Source of the DNA: Polyangiaceae bacterium LLY-WYZ-15_(1-7)
Lineage (GTDB): Bacteria; Myxococcota_A; Polyangia; Polyangiales; Houyiibacteriaceae
Reading direction: 5' to 3'
NCBI GenBank assembly: GCA_031800675.1
Contig: DAPKRU010000144.1
Location: 15,101-79,100, forward strand
Length of the DNA stretch: 64,000 nucleotides
In this document: positions 50,339 to 59,456 of the stretch, piece after piece
Numbering within the stretch: the first letter of the stretch is position 1
Layout: every line of letters starts with the position of its first letter
Made by a program: the position numbers and the translations under genes
The notes under the pieces: model-generated
Told to the model about the DNA's origin: nothing
Databases searched by the model: none
The model's input: the letters and a program-made list of their open reading frames with translations, nothing else

Positions 50339-51373
50339 ATGTTGAGCGACACGCCGCCCTGGGGAGAGGGAGCGCGCCCCGCCGCGCCGCGCTTCGACAC
50401 GGAGGCCCGCTTCGCCTTCCCCGACGAGGACTTCGCCTTCTACCTCGACGTCACCAAGAGCAGCTGGCCCGGCCGCGAGCCCGCCTGGTACGATGCGCGG
50501 CTCGCCTCGGACGCGCAAGAGCTGCCCATCCACTTCCTCTTCCACGCGAGCGAGCGGGCCGCGCTCGAGGCGCTCGCGGAGCTCGACCCGAAGCGCTGGT
50601 GCTACGTGTGGTCGGGCGGGCTCTGGGTGCTGCTCCACCGCTTCGGCGCCCGCGCCCTCCCGGGCGTGATCCGCTACGCGGGCGCCGTGCCGAAGGTTGG
50701 CGCCGAAGTGCTGGCGCGCGTCGACCACACCGACGTCGCGGAGGTGATGGTCTGGTGGCTCGCCGTGGGTGGGCGCTCGGCGCTCGAGGCCTGGCGCTGG
50801 CGCCGCGCGCATCCGGCGACCTTCGCGCGCGGCGCGCTCCCGCTGCTCTTCGCGGAGAAGCCGCGCGATCGAGCGGCCGGGGCGGCGGCGCTGCGGCTGG
50901 TCGACGAGGACGCGATCACGGGCGTCCTCGGCGAGCTCGCGGCCGGTCCGACCCGCGAGGCCGCCGAGGCCTGGCTCGAGGCGGGGCGGCCGATCGAGCG
51001 CGCGGGCAAGGCGAAGCCTCCGAAGTGGGCGCCCGCCGCGCCGGAGGAGGCGCTCCGCGCGGCGCCCGGGGATCCGGGCCTCGCGGCGCTGCCCGTCGAC
51101 GCCCTCGCGGCCGCGGCGGAGGGCTGGGCCGGCGACGGCAAGGCGCGGGCGCCGGGCCTCTGGGCGCCCGCCGCGCTCCTGGTCGCGGACCGCGATCGCT
51201 TCGTGGAGGCGGTCGCCGCGTGGGGCGCGGCGAAGAACAAGAACGCCGTGAAGCTCTCCCTCGAGCTCGCCGAGGCGATGGGGAACGACGCGGCCCTGCG
51301 TGCCCTCGAGCCGCTCCTGAAGGGGCCCTACAAGCGCATGGTCCGCGAGCGCCGCGCCGCGCTCTCGGGCTGA
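50339..51373 (+). CDS. Helical protein resembling the region N-terminal to DUF4132 in YehI/MolR-like proteins
   Basis: LLHRFGARALP..VAEVM..AWRWRRAHP..GALPLL..DRAAGAAALR pattern, recognised from memory of DUF4132 proteins; no C-terminal DUF4132 domain. Confidence 0.5.
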   Translation: MLSDTPPWGEGARPAAPRFDTEARFAFPDEDFAFYLDVTKSSWPGREPAWYDARLASDAQELPIHFLFHASERAALEALAELDPKRWCYVWSGGLWVLLHRFGARALPGVIRYAGAVPKVGAEVLARVDHTDVAEVMVWWLAVGGRSALEAWRWRRAHPATFARGALPLLFAEKPRDRAAGAAALRLVDEDAITGVLGELAAGPTREAAEAWLEAGRPIERAGKAKPPKWAPAAPEEALRAAPGDPGLAALPVDALAAAAEGWAGDGKARAPGLWAPAALLVADRDRFVEAVAAWGAAKNKNAVKLSLELAEAMGNDAALRALEPLLKGPYKRMVRERRAALSG

Positions 51374-51557
51374 GCGCGCCTCGCCCATCCGGGCGGGGAA
51401 CATCTCGAGGCCGGGCTCGTATACCCTCGCACGACGCTCTCGACGACCGCACGGCTCCGGCGAGCCCGGAGAGAGCGCCCACGAGCTCACCGAGCGTGGA
51501 GCCAGCGGCTCGCGCCCGGCGAGATCGACCCCTCCGAGATCCCTTCGAGATCGACCC

Positions 51558-54170
51558 GTGCAGATCGACCCCGTCCGGCTCCACCGACAGAGCGGCCACG
51601 ACCGCGTCGCCGTCGTCTCCCTCGAGCCGGCCTCGACGCCGGGCACGGTCCTCGTCCGCGTCGCCCGCGGCCCCTCCGCCGCGCAGCTCGGCGGCGGCAC
51701 CTCCTACGGCCCCTACCCGGCCGACCAGGCCCAGGAGCCCTTCGCCCTCGCCGTCCAGCAGCTGAAGGACGAGGGCTTCGCCGAGCTCGTCCCCGGCTGG
51801 GATCTCATCACCGCGCTGAAGGGCGGCGACCCGGCCGCCCGCTGCCGCGCCGCCCTCCGCTGCGCCTGGCGTGGGAAGACGGACGCGGCCGACGCGCTGC
51901 ACGCCGCCGCCGAGGCCGCCGTCGCCGGCAAGCGCGGCGAGGCCTGCCTCCTCGTCGAGAGCCTCGCCCGCCTCGGCGACCCGCGCGCCCTGCCCCTCGC
52001 CATCGCCCTCGCCGAGAAGAAGAACCTCTCGCGGCGGCGGAGCGGCGTCGAGGCCCTCCGCCTCCTCCACGGCTCGAAGGCGCTCCCGGACGACGCCCGC
52101 GACACGCTCCGCGCCGCCCTCGCCGCGGCCCGCCAGCGCGGCCTGCAGCGCCTCCCGCCCGCCGTCGCCGAGGTGCTCGGCGCCATGGACGAGGAGAGCC
52201 GCAAGAAGGAGGACGTGAAGGCGCTCGTGAAGGCCGCCCTCGCCGGCGACCCGCGCCGCCTCGGCCTCGTCGCCGACGTGCTCTACGAGGCCGGCACCCC
52301 GGTCACCGTCGGCGCCGCGCGCCGCATCCTCGCCCGCGCGCAGATCGAGCGCCCCCACGTCTGGCGCTACGCCAAGAGTGTCCTCAAGCGCGCCATGCTC
52401 CGGCGCGACGCCAAGACCTTCGGCTTCCTCGCCCACGCCGTCGAGCACGCGGCGCTGACGAGCCCCGGTGCGACCGCCAACCTGAAGAGCGGCTGGGACG
52501 GCAAGAAGAAGCCTCTCTCCGTCTTCTCCCCGAAGACGCAGCAGTACGTGCGCCGCGCCTGCTGGCGTCACCTCCGCGACCTCGCCCGCCATCAGCCCGC
52601 CGCCTACGCGCGCACGGCCGCCGAGGTGCTCGTGCACTACTCGCCAAAAGACCTCCGCCCGCCCAAGGGCCTCGTCGGCGCCTACGGCCGCTGCTACCTC
52701 CTCGGCCGCGTCCTCTTCGGCGGCGGCGAACGGCTGGTCCTCGATCGCAAGCTCCGCTGGCGCTACCGCTCGCCCGCGGTCGTCGGCCGCCCGAAGCAGG
52801 GCCGCGAGGAGAGCTTCCCGGCGCTCTGGGACGCGGGTCGCGAGGCCTACCTCCGCGTGCTCACGGGCGCGAAGCTCCCCGACGTCTTCCACTTCGGCCT
52901 CGAGGGCCTCGAGCGCCACCCGGAGCTCCTCCGCCACGCCAGCCTCGCCCAGCTCCTCGGCCTCCTGGGCGCCCCCGAGGAGTTCACGGCCGGCACGCCG
53001 CTCGTCGAGAAGGTCTGCGCCGAGCTCGACCGCCGCTTCGACCCGGCCCGCCCGGACCTCGGCCTCCTCGCGCGCTTGCTCATGCACCCCCAGTCGGGCC
53101 ACCCCGCCGTGCGCGCCATCGCCCAACGCTGGCTCGACCAGAGCGCCCCGACCTGGACCCGCGAGGAGCGGAGCATCTTCCAGCTCCCCCTCGCCGTCGA
53201 CCCGGTGCTCCGCGACCACGTCGCGCGCACGCTCGTCGAGGCCTTCCGCGCGGACCCGGCCCTCCGCGCCGCCCACGCCGAGGGCTTCCTCGCGATCCTG
53301 AAGCAGCCCGACGAAGAGAACCGCCACGGCGGCTTCGCCCGCGTCGCCCGCGAGGCCCTGGTCGCCGAGCTCGGCGCCCGCCTCGAGCTCGACGCGATCC
53401 TCGCCTGGCTCGACGAGGGCTCGGCCGCCGGTCGGAGCGTCGCCGGCGCCCTCCTCGCCGCGCACCCCGAGGGCCTGAAGGCGCTCGGCCTGCCGCGCCT
53501 CGTGACCATGGCGGGCGACGAGCTCGCCGCCGTCCGCGCCGCCGCCCACGCCCTCCTCCGCGCGAACGTCGAGGCGCTCCGCGCCGACCCCGCGCCGCTC
53601 TTCGCCCTCGCCGAGAGCGAGTGGGACGACACGCGCGACGTCGCCTTCGCGCTCCTCCGCGACGAGGTCGGTCTCGAGCACCTCGGCATGGACGGCCTCG
53701 TCGGCCTCTGCGACTCGAACGACGAGGAGGTCGAGGCCCTCGGCCGCGAGCTGGTCGTGCGCCACTTCGACGAGCTCGACGCCGAGCAGGTGCTCTACCG
53801 GCTGAGCGAGCACCCGAGCCGGGCCATGCGCGCCTTCGCCCTCGGCCTGATGCAGACGCACCTCCGCGACGGCTTCGTGCCCCTCGCGCGCCTCGAGGGC
53901 TACTTCCGCGCCGTGCTCTTCGACACCTGGCCCTCCCGCGCGCTGAAGTGGGGCGTGCTCGAGCTCCTGCTCCGGCGCGGGCTCCGCGACGAACGCCAGG
54001 CGCAATTCGCGGCCGGGCTGATGGCCGAGCTCCTCCGCACGCACACGCGCGGCGACTTCGAACGCGTCGCCCACGCGCTGGCCGTGCTGCAGACGAAGCA
54101 CCCGGCCATCGAGACCGACCTGCGCGTGCGGAGCGACGCCGCCCCGCCCGCCCCGGAGGCGGCCGAGTGA
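51558..54170 (+). CDS. Retron-associated degenerate-WGR plus HEAT/ARM-repeat protein
   Basis: N-terminal beta-sheet plus helix ending LKDEGF (WGR-like fold without the W); many HEAT-like repeats (LAESEWDDTR..AF, LCDSNDEEV..LG, LSEHPS); GTG start; GTGA overlap with the SWIM gene. Confidence 0.8.
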   Translation: MQIDPVRLHRQSGHDRVAVVSLEPASTPGTVLVRVARGPSAAQLGGGTSYGPYPADQAQEPFALAVQQLKDEGFAELVPGWDLITALKGGDPAARCRAALRCAWRGKTDAADALHAAAEAAVAGKRGEACLLVESLARLGDPRALPLAIALAEKKNLSRRRSGVEALRLLHGSKALPDDARDTLRAALAAARQRGLQRLPPAVAEVLGAMDEESRKKEDVKALVKAALAGDPRRLGLVADVLYEAGTPVTVGAARRILARAQIERPHVWRYAKSVLKRAMLRRDAKTFGFLAHAVEHAALTSPGATANLKSGWDGKKKPLSVFSPKTQQYVRRACWRHLRDLARHQPAAYARTAAEVLVHYSPKDLRPPKGLVGAYGRCYLLGRVLFGGGERLVLDRKLRWRYRSPAVVGRPKQGREESFPALWDAGREAYLRVLTGAKLPDVFHFGLEGLERHPELLRHASLAQLLGLLGAPEEFTAGTPLVEKVCAELDRRFDPARPDLGLLARLLMHPQSGHPAVRAIAQRWLDQSAPTWTREERSIFQLPLAVDPVLRDHVARTLVEAFRADPALRAAHAEGFLAILKQPDEENRHGGFARVAREALVAELGARLELDAILAWLDEGSAAGRSVAGALLAAHPEGLKALGLPRLVTMAGDELAAVRAAAHALLRANVEALRADPAPLFALAESEWDDTRDVAFALLRDEVGLEHLGMDGLVGLCDSNDEEVEALGRELVVRHFDELDAEQVLYRLSEHPSRAMRAFALGLMQTHLRDGFVPLARLEGYFRAVLFDTWPSRALKWGVLELLLRRGLRDERQAQFAAGLMAELLRTHTRGDFERVAHALAVLQTKHPAIETDLRVRSDAAPPAPEAAE

Positions 54171-55840
54171 AGCTCCAGTTCAAGTACGCCGGCTCGAGCG
54201 GCATCGCGAGCGACCTCGGCCACAGCCGCGTCGCCTTCGCGACCAACGTGCTCCGCGAGCCGAGCTTCCTCGAGGGGGACCTCGCCCGCCCGCTCGTCGT
54301 CCGCGAGGGGCTCGCCGCGCTCCACGCGGTCGTCGTGAGCGACCTGAAGTACCGCCCGAAGGATCGGCTCGAGTTCCGCGCCTGGCTCGAGGAGCAGGAC
54401 CGGAAGTTCCTCCAATCGCTCGCCCTGAAGAGCGAAGACCTCCGCGCCGAGCTCGAGCAGAAAGAGGCGCGCCTCGAGGAGCTCCGCCAGCGCCGCCGCG
54501 CACGCCTCGCCCCCTTCCGCGCCGCGCGCCGCCAGTACTTCGAGCACGTCTGGACCGACCAGTACGAGCTCGACTGGATCCTCGACCCGGTGATCACCGT
54601 CCACCCGGACGAGCTCGCCTTCGAGGCCTTCAGCCGCGACGAGTCCAGCTACGGGCGCTTCGCGATGAAGTACGACCTCTTCCGGAAGATCGACGCCTTC
54701 GAGTGCGGCACGACGAACGTCGACTACTCGACGCGCCTCTACCGGCACCTGAACCGCATGCGCTCCTACCGCGACACGCGCTTCGACGTGTCGCCGAGCG
54801 GCTTCAGCGTGACCTCGGGCGGCGGGACGCACGCGGAGAAGAAGATCGACCTGCCCGAGTCGTGGGTGCGCGGCTTCCTGCAGGTGCAGAGCGTGATGGC
54901 CATGGGGCTGACGCGGCTCGAGCTCGCGCCCATCGACGTGTTCAACCTCGTGCGCTTCGTGCGGCGCTTCAAGGCGAAGGCCTCGCCGCGGGCGCTCCGC
55001 TGGGAGCTCGAGCCGGGGCGGCGGGCCAAGGTGGTCTTCGAGCCCTGGGAGCACGCGATCGAGCTCTCGCCGGCGGCCGTCTACGAGGGGCCGAAGCGGC
55101 AGACGATCCGCACCTGGGGCCGGCGGCGCCTGCGCATCCTCGAGCGCCTCGTCGGGAGCCTCGAAGGAGCCGAGGTGTACCTCGCCGGCCACGGCATGCC
55201 GACGATCTGGGTCTGCGACCTCGGCGACGCGACCTTCACGCTCGGCCTGAGCGGCTGGACCGACAACGACTGGACCGGCGAGAGCCGCTTCTCGCTCCTG
55301 AGCCGGAAGGTCGACGTGAGCGCCGACCAGCTCGCCGCGACCTACCACGCGCTGCGCGCGCCGCGCTTCGCCACGCCGGCGCAGCTCGCCGAGGCGACCG
55401 GGCTCGGGGAGGAGCACGTGAAGAGCGCGCTCAGCTTCCTCTGCCAGGCCGGCCGGGCGATGGTCGATCTTCCGGGCGGCGTGTACCGGCACCGGGACCT
55501 CTTCCACAGCCCCTTCGACGCGAAGAAGGAGCTCGCGAAGCTGAAGGCCGCCGCCGAGGAGGCCGACCCGAAGGCGAAGGCGGCGCGGGCGATCTTCGAG
55601 GCCGGGGGCGCGCGGCTCATCGCGCGGCGCCCGGTGCAGACCGGCTACAAGCTCAGCGGCAGCGTGCGCGGCGCCGGCGCGCGAGTGCGCCCCCTCCTCC
55701 ACGTGGACCACGAGGGCAGCATCATCGAGGCCACCTGCACCTGCGCCGAGTTCGAGAAGCACAAGCTCACGAAGGGCCCCTGCGAGCACATGCTCGCGCT
55801 CCGGCTGGTGCACATGCGCCGCCTGGAGGAGGAAGCGTGA
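54167..55840 (+). CDS. Retron-associated SWIM zinc-finger protein
   Basis: GTG start overlapping the upstream stop; LDPVITVHPD..FEAFSRDESSYG, EKKIDLPESWVRGFLQVQ; wHTH-like segment; C-terminal CTC-x12-CEH SWIM motif. Confidence 0.88.
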   Translation: MKLQFKYAGSSGIASDLGHSRVAFATNVLREPSFLEGDLARPLVVREGLAALHAVVVSDLKYRPKDRLEFRAWLEEQDRKFLQSLALKSEDLRAELEQKEARLEELRQRRRARLAPFRAARRQYFEHVWTDQYELDWILDPVITVHPDELAFEAFSRDESSYGRFAMKYDLFRKIDAFECGTTNVDYSTRLYRHLNRMRSYRDTRFDVSPSGFSVTSGGGTHAEKKIDLPESWVRGFLQVQSVMAMGLTRLELAPIDVFNLVRFVRRFKAKASPRALRWELEPGRRAKVVFEPWEHAIELSPAAVYEGPKRQTIRTWGRRRLRILERLVGSLEGAEVYLAGHGMPTIWVCDLGDATFTLGLSGWTDNDWTGESRFSLLSRKVDVSADQLAATYHALRAPRFATPAQLAEATGLGEEHVKSALSFLCQAGRAMVDLPGGVYRHRDLFHSPFDAKKELAKLKAAAEEADPKAKAARAIFEAGGARLIARRPVQTGYKLSGSVRGAGARVRPLLHVDHEGSIIEATCTCAEFEKHKLTKGPCEHMLALRLVHMRRLEEEA

Positions 55841-55995
55841 CGGTCCAGGCCGTCCGCCGTCGGCCGTCCGCTCTCCGTCGGGGGCAGCCGCCCGCCGCGG
55901 TGTGGGCCGCTGCGTACGGAGCGCACGCGCGCGCCGAGCTCATCCGCCCCCTCCCTCCGTGCGAGCGGCCGCAGCCGCCCCGTCGACCGCGCCCC

Positions 55996-56150
55996 CACGG
56001 ACAGCGGACGGCCGACGGGAGGCAGCCGGGGCCGAAGGCCCCGCGTCACGGACAGCGGAGAGCGGACGGCGGACGGCCGAGGCCGAAGGGCCCGCGTCAC
56101 GGACAGCGGACAGCGGACGGCGGAGAGCCGGGGCCGAAGGCCGCACGGGG
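55996..56150. repeat. 3 x 51-bp tandem repeat
   Basis: cacggacagcgga...ggccgaagg at 55996, 56047 and 56098; a partial inverted copy at about 55852-55878. Confidence 0.85.
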
Positions 56151-56173
56151 GAAGGAGGCGCGCACGACGACGT

Positions 56174-56454
56174 AGAGAGAAGCAACTCGTCTCGGGAGGA
56201 CGCGCCGACGAAGGCGCCGGGTCTAGCCATCCGCACGGTGCTACGCCGTGCTGGCCGAGCTGCTCGACATTCGTCACGAGTCCGTTCGTCACCACGGGAG
56301 CCATGCCCCCCGCACCCTTCGCTGGTTCGACACCTCCGGTGTCCCGGGCTCACGGGGGGCACGGCTCCCATTCAGTGGAACGGCCTCGTCCTCCGCAAGG
56401 AACGTAGACGCCCCGCCCCGTCGGCGCGTCCTCCCGAGCCGAGTCGCCCTCTCT
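56174..56454 (+). ncRNA. msr-msd: Retron msr-msd non-coding RNA
   Basis: a1/a2 inverted repeat with a perfect 20-bp core (56191-56210 vs 56419-56438) and imperfect extensions; GTCTA(56221-25)/TAGAC(56405-09) closes the stem next to G56226 in TAGC; msr hairpins gcacgg/ccgtgc and cgagc/gctcg; msd hairpin 56276-56389; lies directly upstream of the RT gene. Confidence 0.9.
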
Positions 56455-56486
56455 CCCCGTCTCTCCCCGCCGCGCGCGAAGACGCC

Positions 56487-57875
56487 ATGGCCGACGATCC
56501 GAAGGAGAAGAAGAAGGCCCTCTACCAGCAGCTCGTCGAGTCGGCCGACGAGGAGCTCGTGCTCGCCCGCATGCGCGAGCTCGGCTTCTGGCCCTCGAGC
56601 GAGCCGCTCCCGGAGGACCCGGACGACGAGGTGAAGGAGACGCTCGAGCTCGAGTACGAGCTCGCCCAGCTCCGGAAGAAGGCGACCGTCGTCGCCGACC
56701 CGCAGAAGGCCCTCGAGCAGGAGCGCGTGCGCCGCTGGAAGGAGTCGAAGGAGCGCCGGGCGAAGGCGAAGATCGAGCGCGAGCTCGAGGCGAAGCAGCG
56801 GCGCGAGGCCTGGGAGACGGCGAAGAAGGAGCGCGTCTGGCACGCCGGCGAGGGCGTCAGCGCCGGCCTCGAGAGCCACACGCCGAGCCCGGACGGCGTC
56901 CGCTTCGGCGCGCCCCCCATCGCCACGCCGAAGGCCCTCGCCGAGGCCATGGGCATCGACCTCCCGAAGCTCCGCTGGCTCACCTACCACCGGCGCGCCG
57001 CGGCGCTCGTGCACTACCACCGCTTCTCCGTCCCCAAGAAGACCGGCGGCCTGCGCCACATCAGCGCGCCCAAGAAGGACCTCCGCCGCGCGCAGGAGTG
57101 GATCCTCGTCCACGTCCTCGAGAGGGTCGGACCCCAGCCCACCGTGCACGGCTTCCAGCGCGGCCGGAGCGTGAAGTCGAACGCGACGCCGCACGTCAGC
57201 AAGCGCGTCGTCGTGAACCTCGACCTCGAGGACTTCTTCCCGACGCTCGGCTTCCGCCGCGTGAAGGGCGTCTTCCGGAGCGTCTTTGGCTACCCGGAGT
57301 CCGTCGCCACGGTGATGGCCCTCCTCTGCACCGAGCCGCCCCGCGTCGAGGCCGAGCTCGACGGGAAGGTCTTCCACGTCGCCCTCGGCGAACGGGTGCT
57401 CCCGCAGGGGGCCTGCACGAGCCCCATGCTCACGAACATCGCCTGCTACGCGCTCGACCGGCGCCTGGGCGGCCTCGCCGGCAGCCTCGGCTTCGCCTAC
57501 ACGCGCTACGCCGACGACCTGACCTTCTCGAGCGACGACCCGCGCAAGACCGGGCGCCTCCTGAAGGCCGTGCGCGACGTCGTGAAGAACGAGGGCTTCG
57601 TCGTGAACGAGGCCAAGACGCGCGTGATGCGGCGCGGCGGCCGGCAGGAGGTCACGGGCGTCACCGTGAACCGCAAGGCCAACGTCTCGCGGAAGGAGCG
57701 GCGCCGGCTCCGGGCCCTCCTGCACAACGCGAAGAAGACCGGCCTCGCGGCGCAGAACCGGACGAAGCACCCGCGCTTCCGGGAGCACCTCCGGGGGCGC
57801 ATCGCCTGGATCGGGATGCTCGACGCGGCCCAGGGCGCGAAGCTCCGCGCCATGCTCGACGCCTGTCCGGACTGA
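56487..57875 (+). CDS. ret: Retron reverse transcriptase (myxobacterial type, N-terminal coiled-coil extension)
   Basis: PKKTGGLRHISAP, HGF..GRS..NATPH (region X NAxxH), DLEDFFP, LPQGACTSP, YTRYADDLTFS, QEVTGVTVN (region Y VTG). Confidence 0.96.
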   Translation: MADDPKEKKKALYQQLVESADEELVLARMRELGFWPSSEPLPEDPDDEVKETLELEYELAQLRKKATVVADPQKALEQERVRRWKESKERRAKAKIERELEAKQRREAWETAKKERVWHAGEGVSAGLESHTPSPDGVRFGAPPIATPKALAEAMGIDLPKLRWLTYHRRAAALVHYHRFSVPKKTGGLRHISAPKKDLRRAQEWILVHVLERVGPQPTVHGFQRGRSVKSNATPHVSKRVVVNLDLEDFFPTLGFRRVKGVFRSVFGYPESVATVMALLCTEPPRVEAELDGKVFHVALGERVLPQGACTSPMLTNIACYALDRRLGGLAGSLGFAYTRYADDLTFSSDDPRKTGRLLKAVRDVVKNEGFVVNEAKTRVMRRGGRQEVTGVTVNRKANVSRKERRRLRALLHNAKKTGLAAQNRTKHPRFREHLRGRIAWIGMLDAAQGAKLRAMLDACPD

Positions 57876-58206
57876 CCGCGCGAAGGGCTCCCCGGCCGAC
57901 GGTCGAGCCGCAGCCGACGCCTCTCCACGGGCGCGCCGGGGACCGCGGACTCGAGCGACGCATGGGGGCGGTCTCGACGCACCAGCCGCTCACGTCGCTC
58001 GTCGTCACGTCCGGACGGGCTTCGTAGACGACGCGCACGCACAGGGCGCAGTCGGGGGCCGGACGCCGCATCTCTCCCCCGGCGTGGGCCGACCGCGACC
58101 AACGTGCCGACCTGGGTCGTGCTCATGGCCTTCGGCGACCCTTCGACCCGACCGAAGCGGCCGACGGCCCCCTGACGAAGCGGGGCGCTGACGCTAGTCT
58201 CGGGCG

Positions 58207-59193
58207 ATGGGTTGGTTCGTGCGACGGTGCCATGTCGCGGCCGCGGCGCTCTGCGTCGCCGCCGCGCTGGGGTGCGGGCCGACCATCACGAGCACCCCCG
58301 TGCGCTTCGCCGGGCCGACCGGCGCGCCCGGCGAGGAGACACGCGCGCCCCTCGAGCTCGAGGGCTTCGCGGCGTGCACCGGCGATCAGCCCGACGCCAT
58401 CGCCCTCGAGCCGGACCAACCCCTCGTCGTGATCGTGCACGGCTGCTTCTCGTCGGGCAGCCAGTTCGAGCGCCTCGCCGAGGTCTTCGAGTTCCACGGT
58501 CAGCAGGCGCTCTGCTTCAACTACGACTACCGGCGCACACTGCGCGCCGCCGCCGTGCACCTCCAGCGCGGCCTCGAGCGGCTGCGCCGCGAGCTCCCCG
58601 GCCAGCGCATCACCGTGCTCGCCCACAGCCAGGGCGGCCTGGTCTCGCGCATCGCGCTGAGCATGGGCGAGCCGCCCCCCGCCGAGGCCGGCGACCTGCG
58701 GCTGGTGACCGTCTCGTCACCCTTCTCCGGCATCGACGCCGCGCGCCACTGCGGCTGGGCCTGGCTCCACGTGGTCTCCCTCGGCTTCACGACCGCCGTC
58801 TGCCAGGCCGTGACCGGCGCGAACTGGGTCGAGATCCACCCACGCTCGGCCTACTGGCAGGAGCCGCGCCCGCTCCACCCGGCCGTGAGCGAGCACCTGC
58901 AGATCGTGACGGACGAGGCGGGCACCTGCCGGCGCCGCGACGAGGAGGGCGCCTGCGTGGAGGACGACCTGGTCTTCAGCACCGACGAGCAGGAGAACGC
59001 GCGCATGGCCACCGACGAGCGCGTGCACGTGCGGGTGCTGCCCGCGGGCCACGCCGCGGTGGTCGGCGGGGGCGGCCACGTGCCCCGCGAGCTGGTCGGC
59101 GTGCTCCAGGAGCACGGGGTCCTCGCGCCGACGCCGCCCGAGCGCGAGGGCGAGCTCTCCGCGCTCCTCCGCCGCCTCTACGCGCGCTTCTGA
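58207..59193 (+). CDS. Alpha/beta hydrolase (lipase/esterase-like) lipoprotein
   Basis: Lipobox ALG-C, VIVHGC, nucleophile elbow AHSQGG, VTVSSPFSG, candidate catalytic D (DDLV) and H (AGH). Confidence 0.85.
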   Translation: MGWFVRRCHVAAAALCVAAALGCGPTITSTPVRFAGPTGAPGEETRAPLELEGFAACTGDQPDAIALEPDQPLVVIVHGCFSSGSQFERLAEVFEFHGQQALCFNYDYRRTLRAAAVHLQRGLERLRRELPGQRITVLAHSQGGLVSRIALSMGEPPPAEAGDLRLVTVSSPFSGIDAARHCGWAWLHVVSLGFTTAVCQAVTGANWVEIHPRSAYWQEPRPLHPAVSEHLQIVTDEAGTCRRRDEEGACVEDDLVFSTDEQENARMATDERVHVRVLPAGHAAVVGGGGHVPRELVGVLQEHGVLAPTPPEREGELSALLRRLYARF

Positions 59194-59216
59194 CCGCGAC
59201 GGGCAACCCGCTCAGC

Positions 59217-59253
59217 CGGGGAGGTCCGAGCCTCGGTCGACGGACCTCCCCGC
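59217..59253. terminator. GC-rich hairpin between convergent genes
   Basis: ggggaggtccg-agcctcggtcga-cggacctcccc, an 11-bp stem; no poly-U tract. Confidence 0.5.
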
Positions 59254-59456
59254 GCACGGCCGACGAGGCCTGCCCATCGCGGCCCCGGCAGGACCGACCG
59301 TTCGCTGCCGTCGAGAGAGCAGAGCGAGCGCCGCCGACCCGGGCGCCCGATAGGCCGCAGGGCTCGTCGCGCATCCGACGCGCCTCCGTTCCCTGTCCCC
59401 CGGAGCGAGCAGAGCGAGCCGTTCGTGAGCGAGCGGAGCGAGCGCCCCGCCGGCCG

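Noticed and set aside
56487-57875. RT as group II intron, DGR or CRISPR-associated RT
   Set aside because: It has the retron-specific NAxxH and VTG motifs and an upstream msr-msd; no maturase or endonuclease domain, no TR/VR pair, no Cas1.
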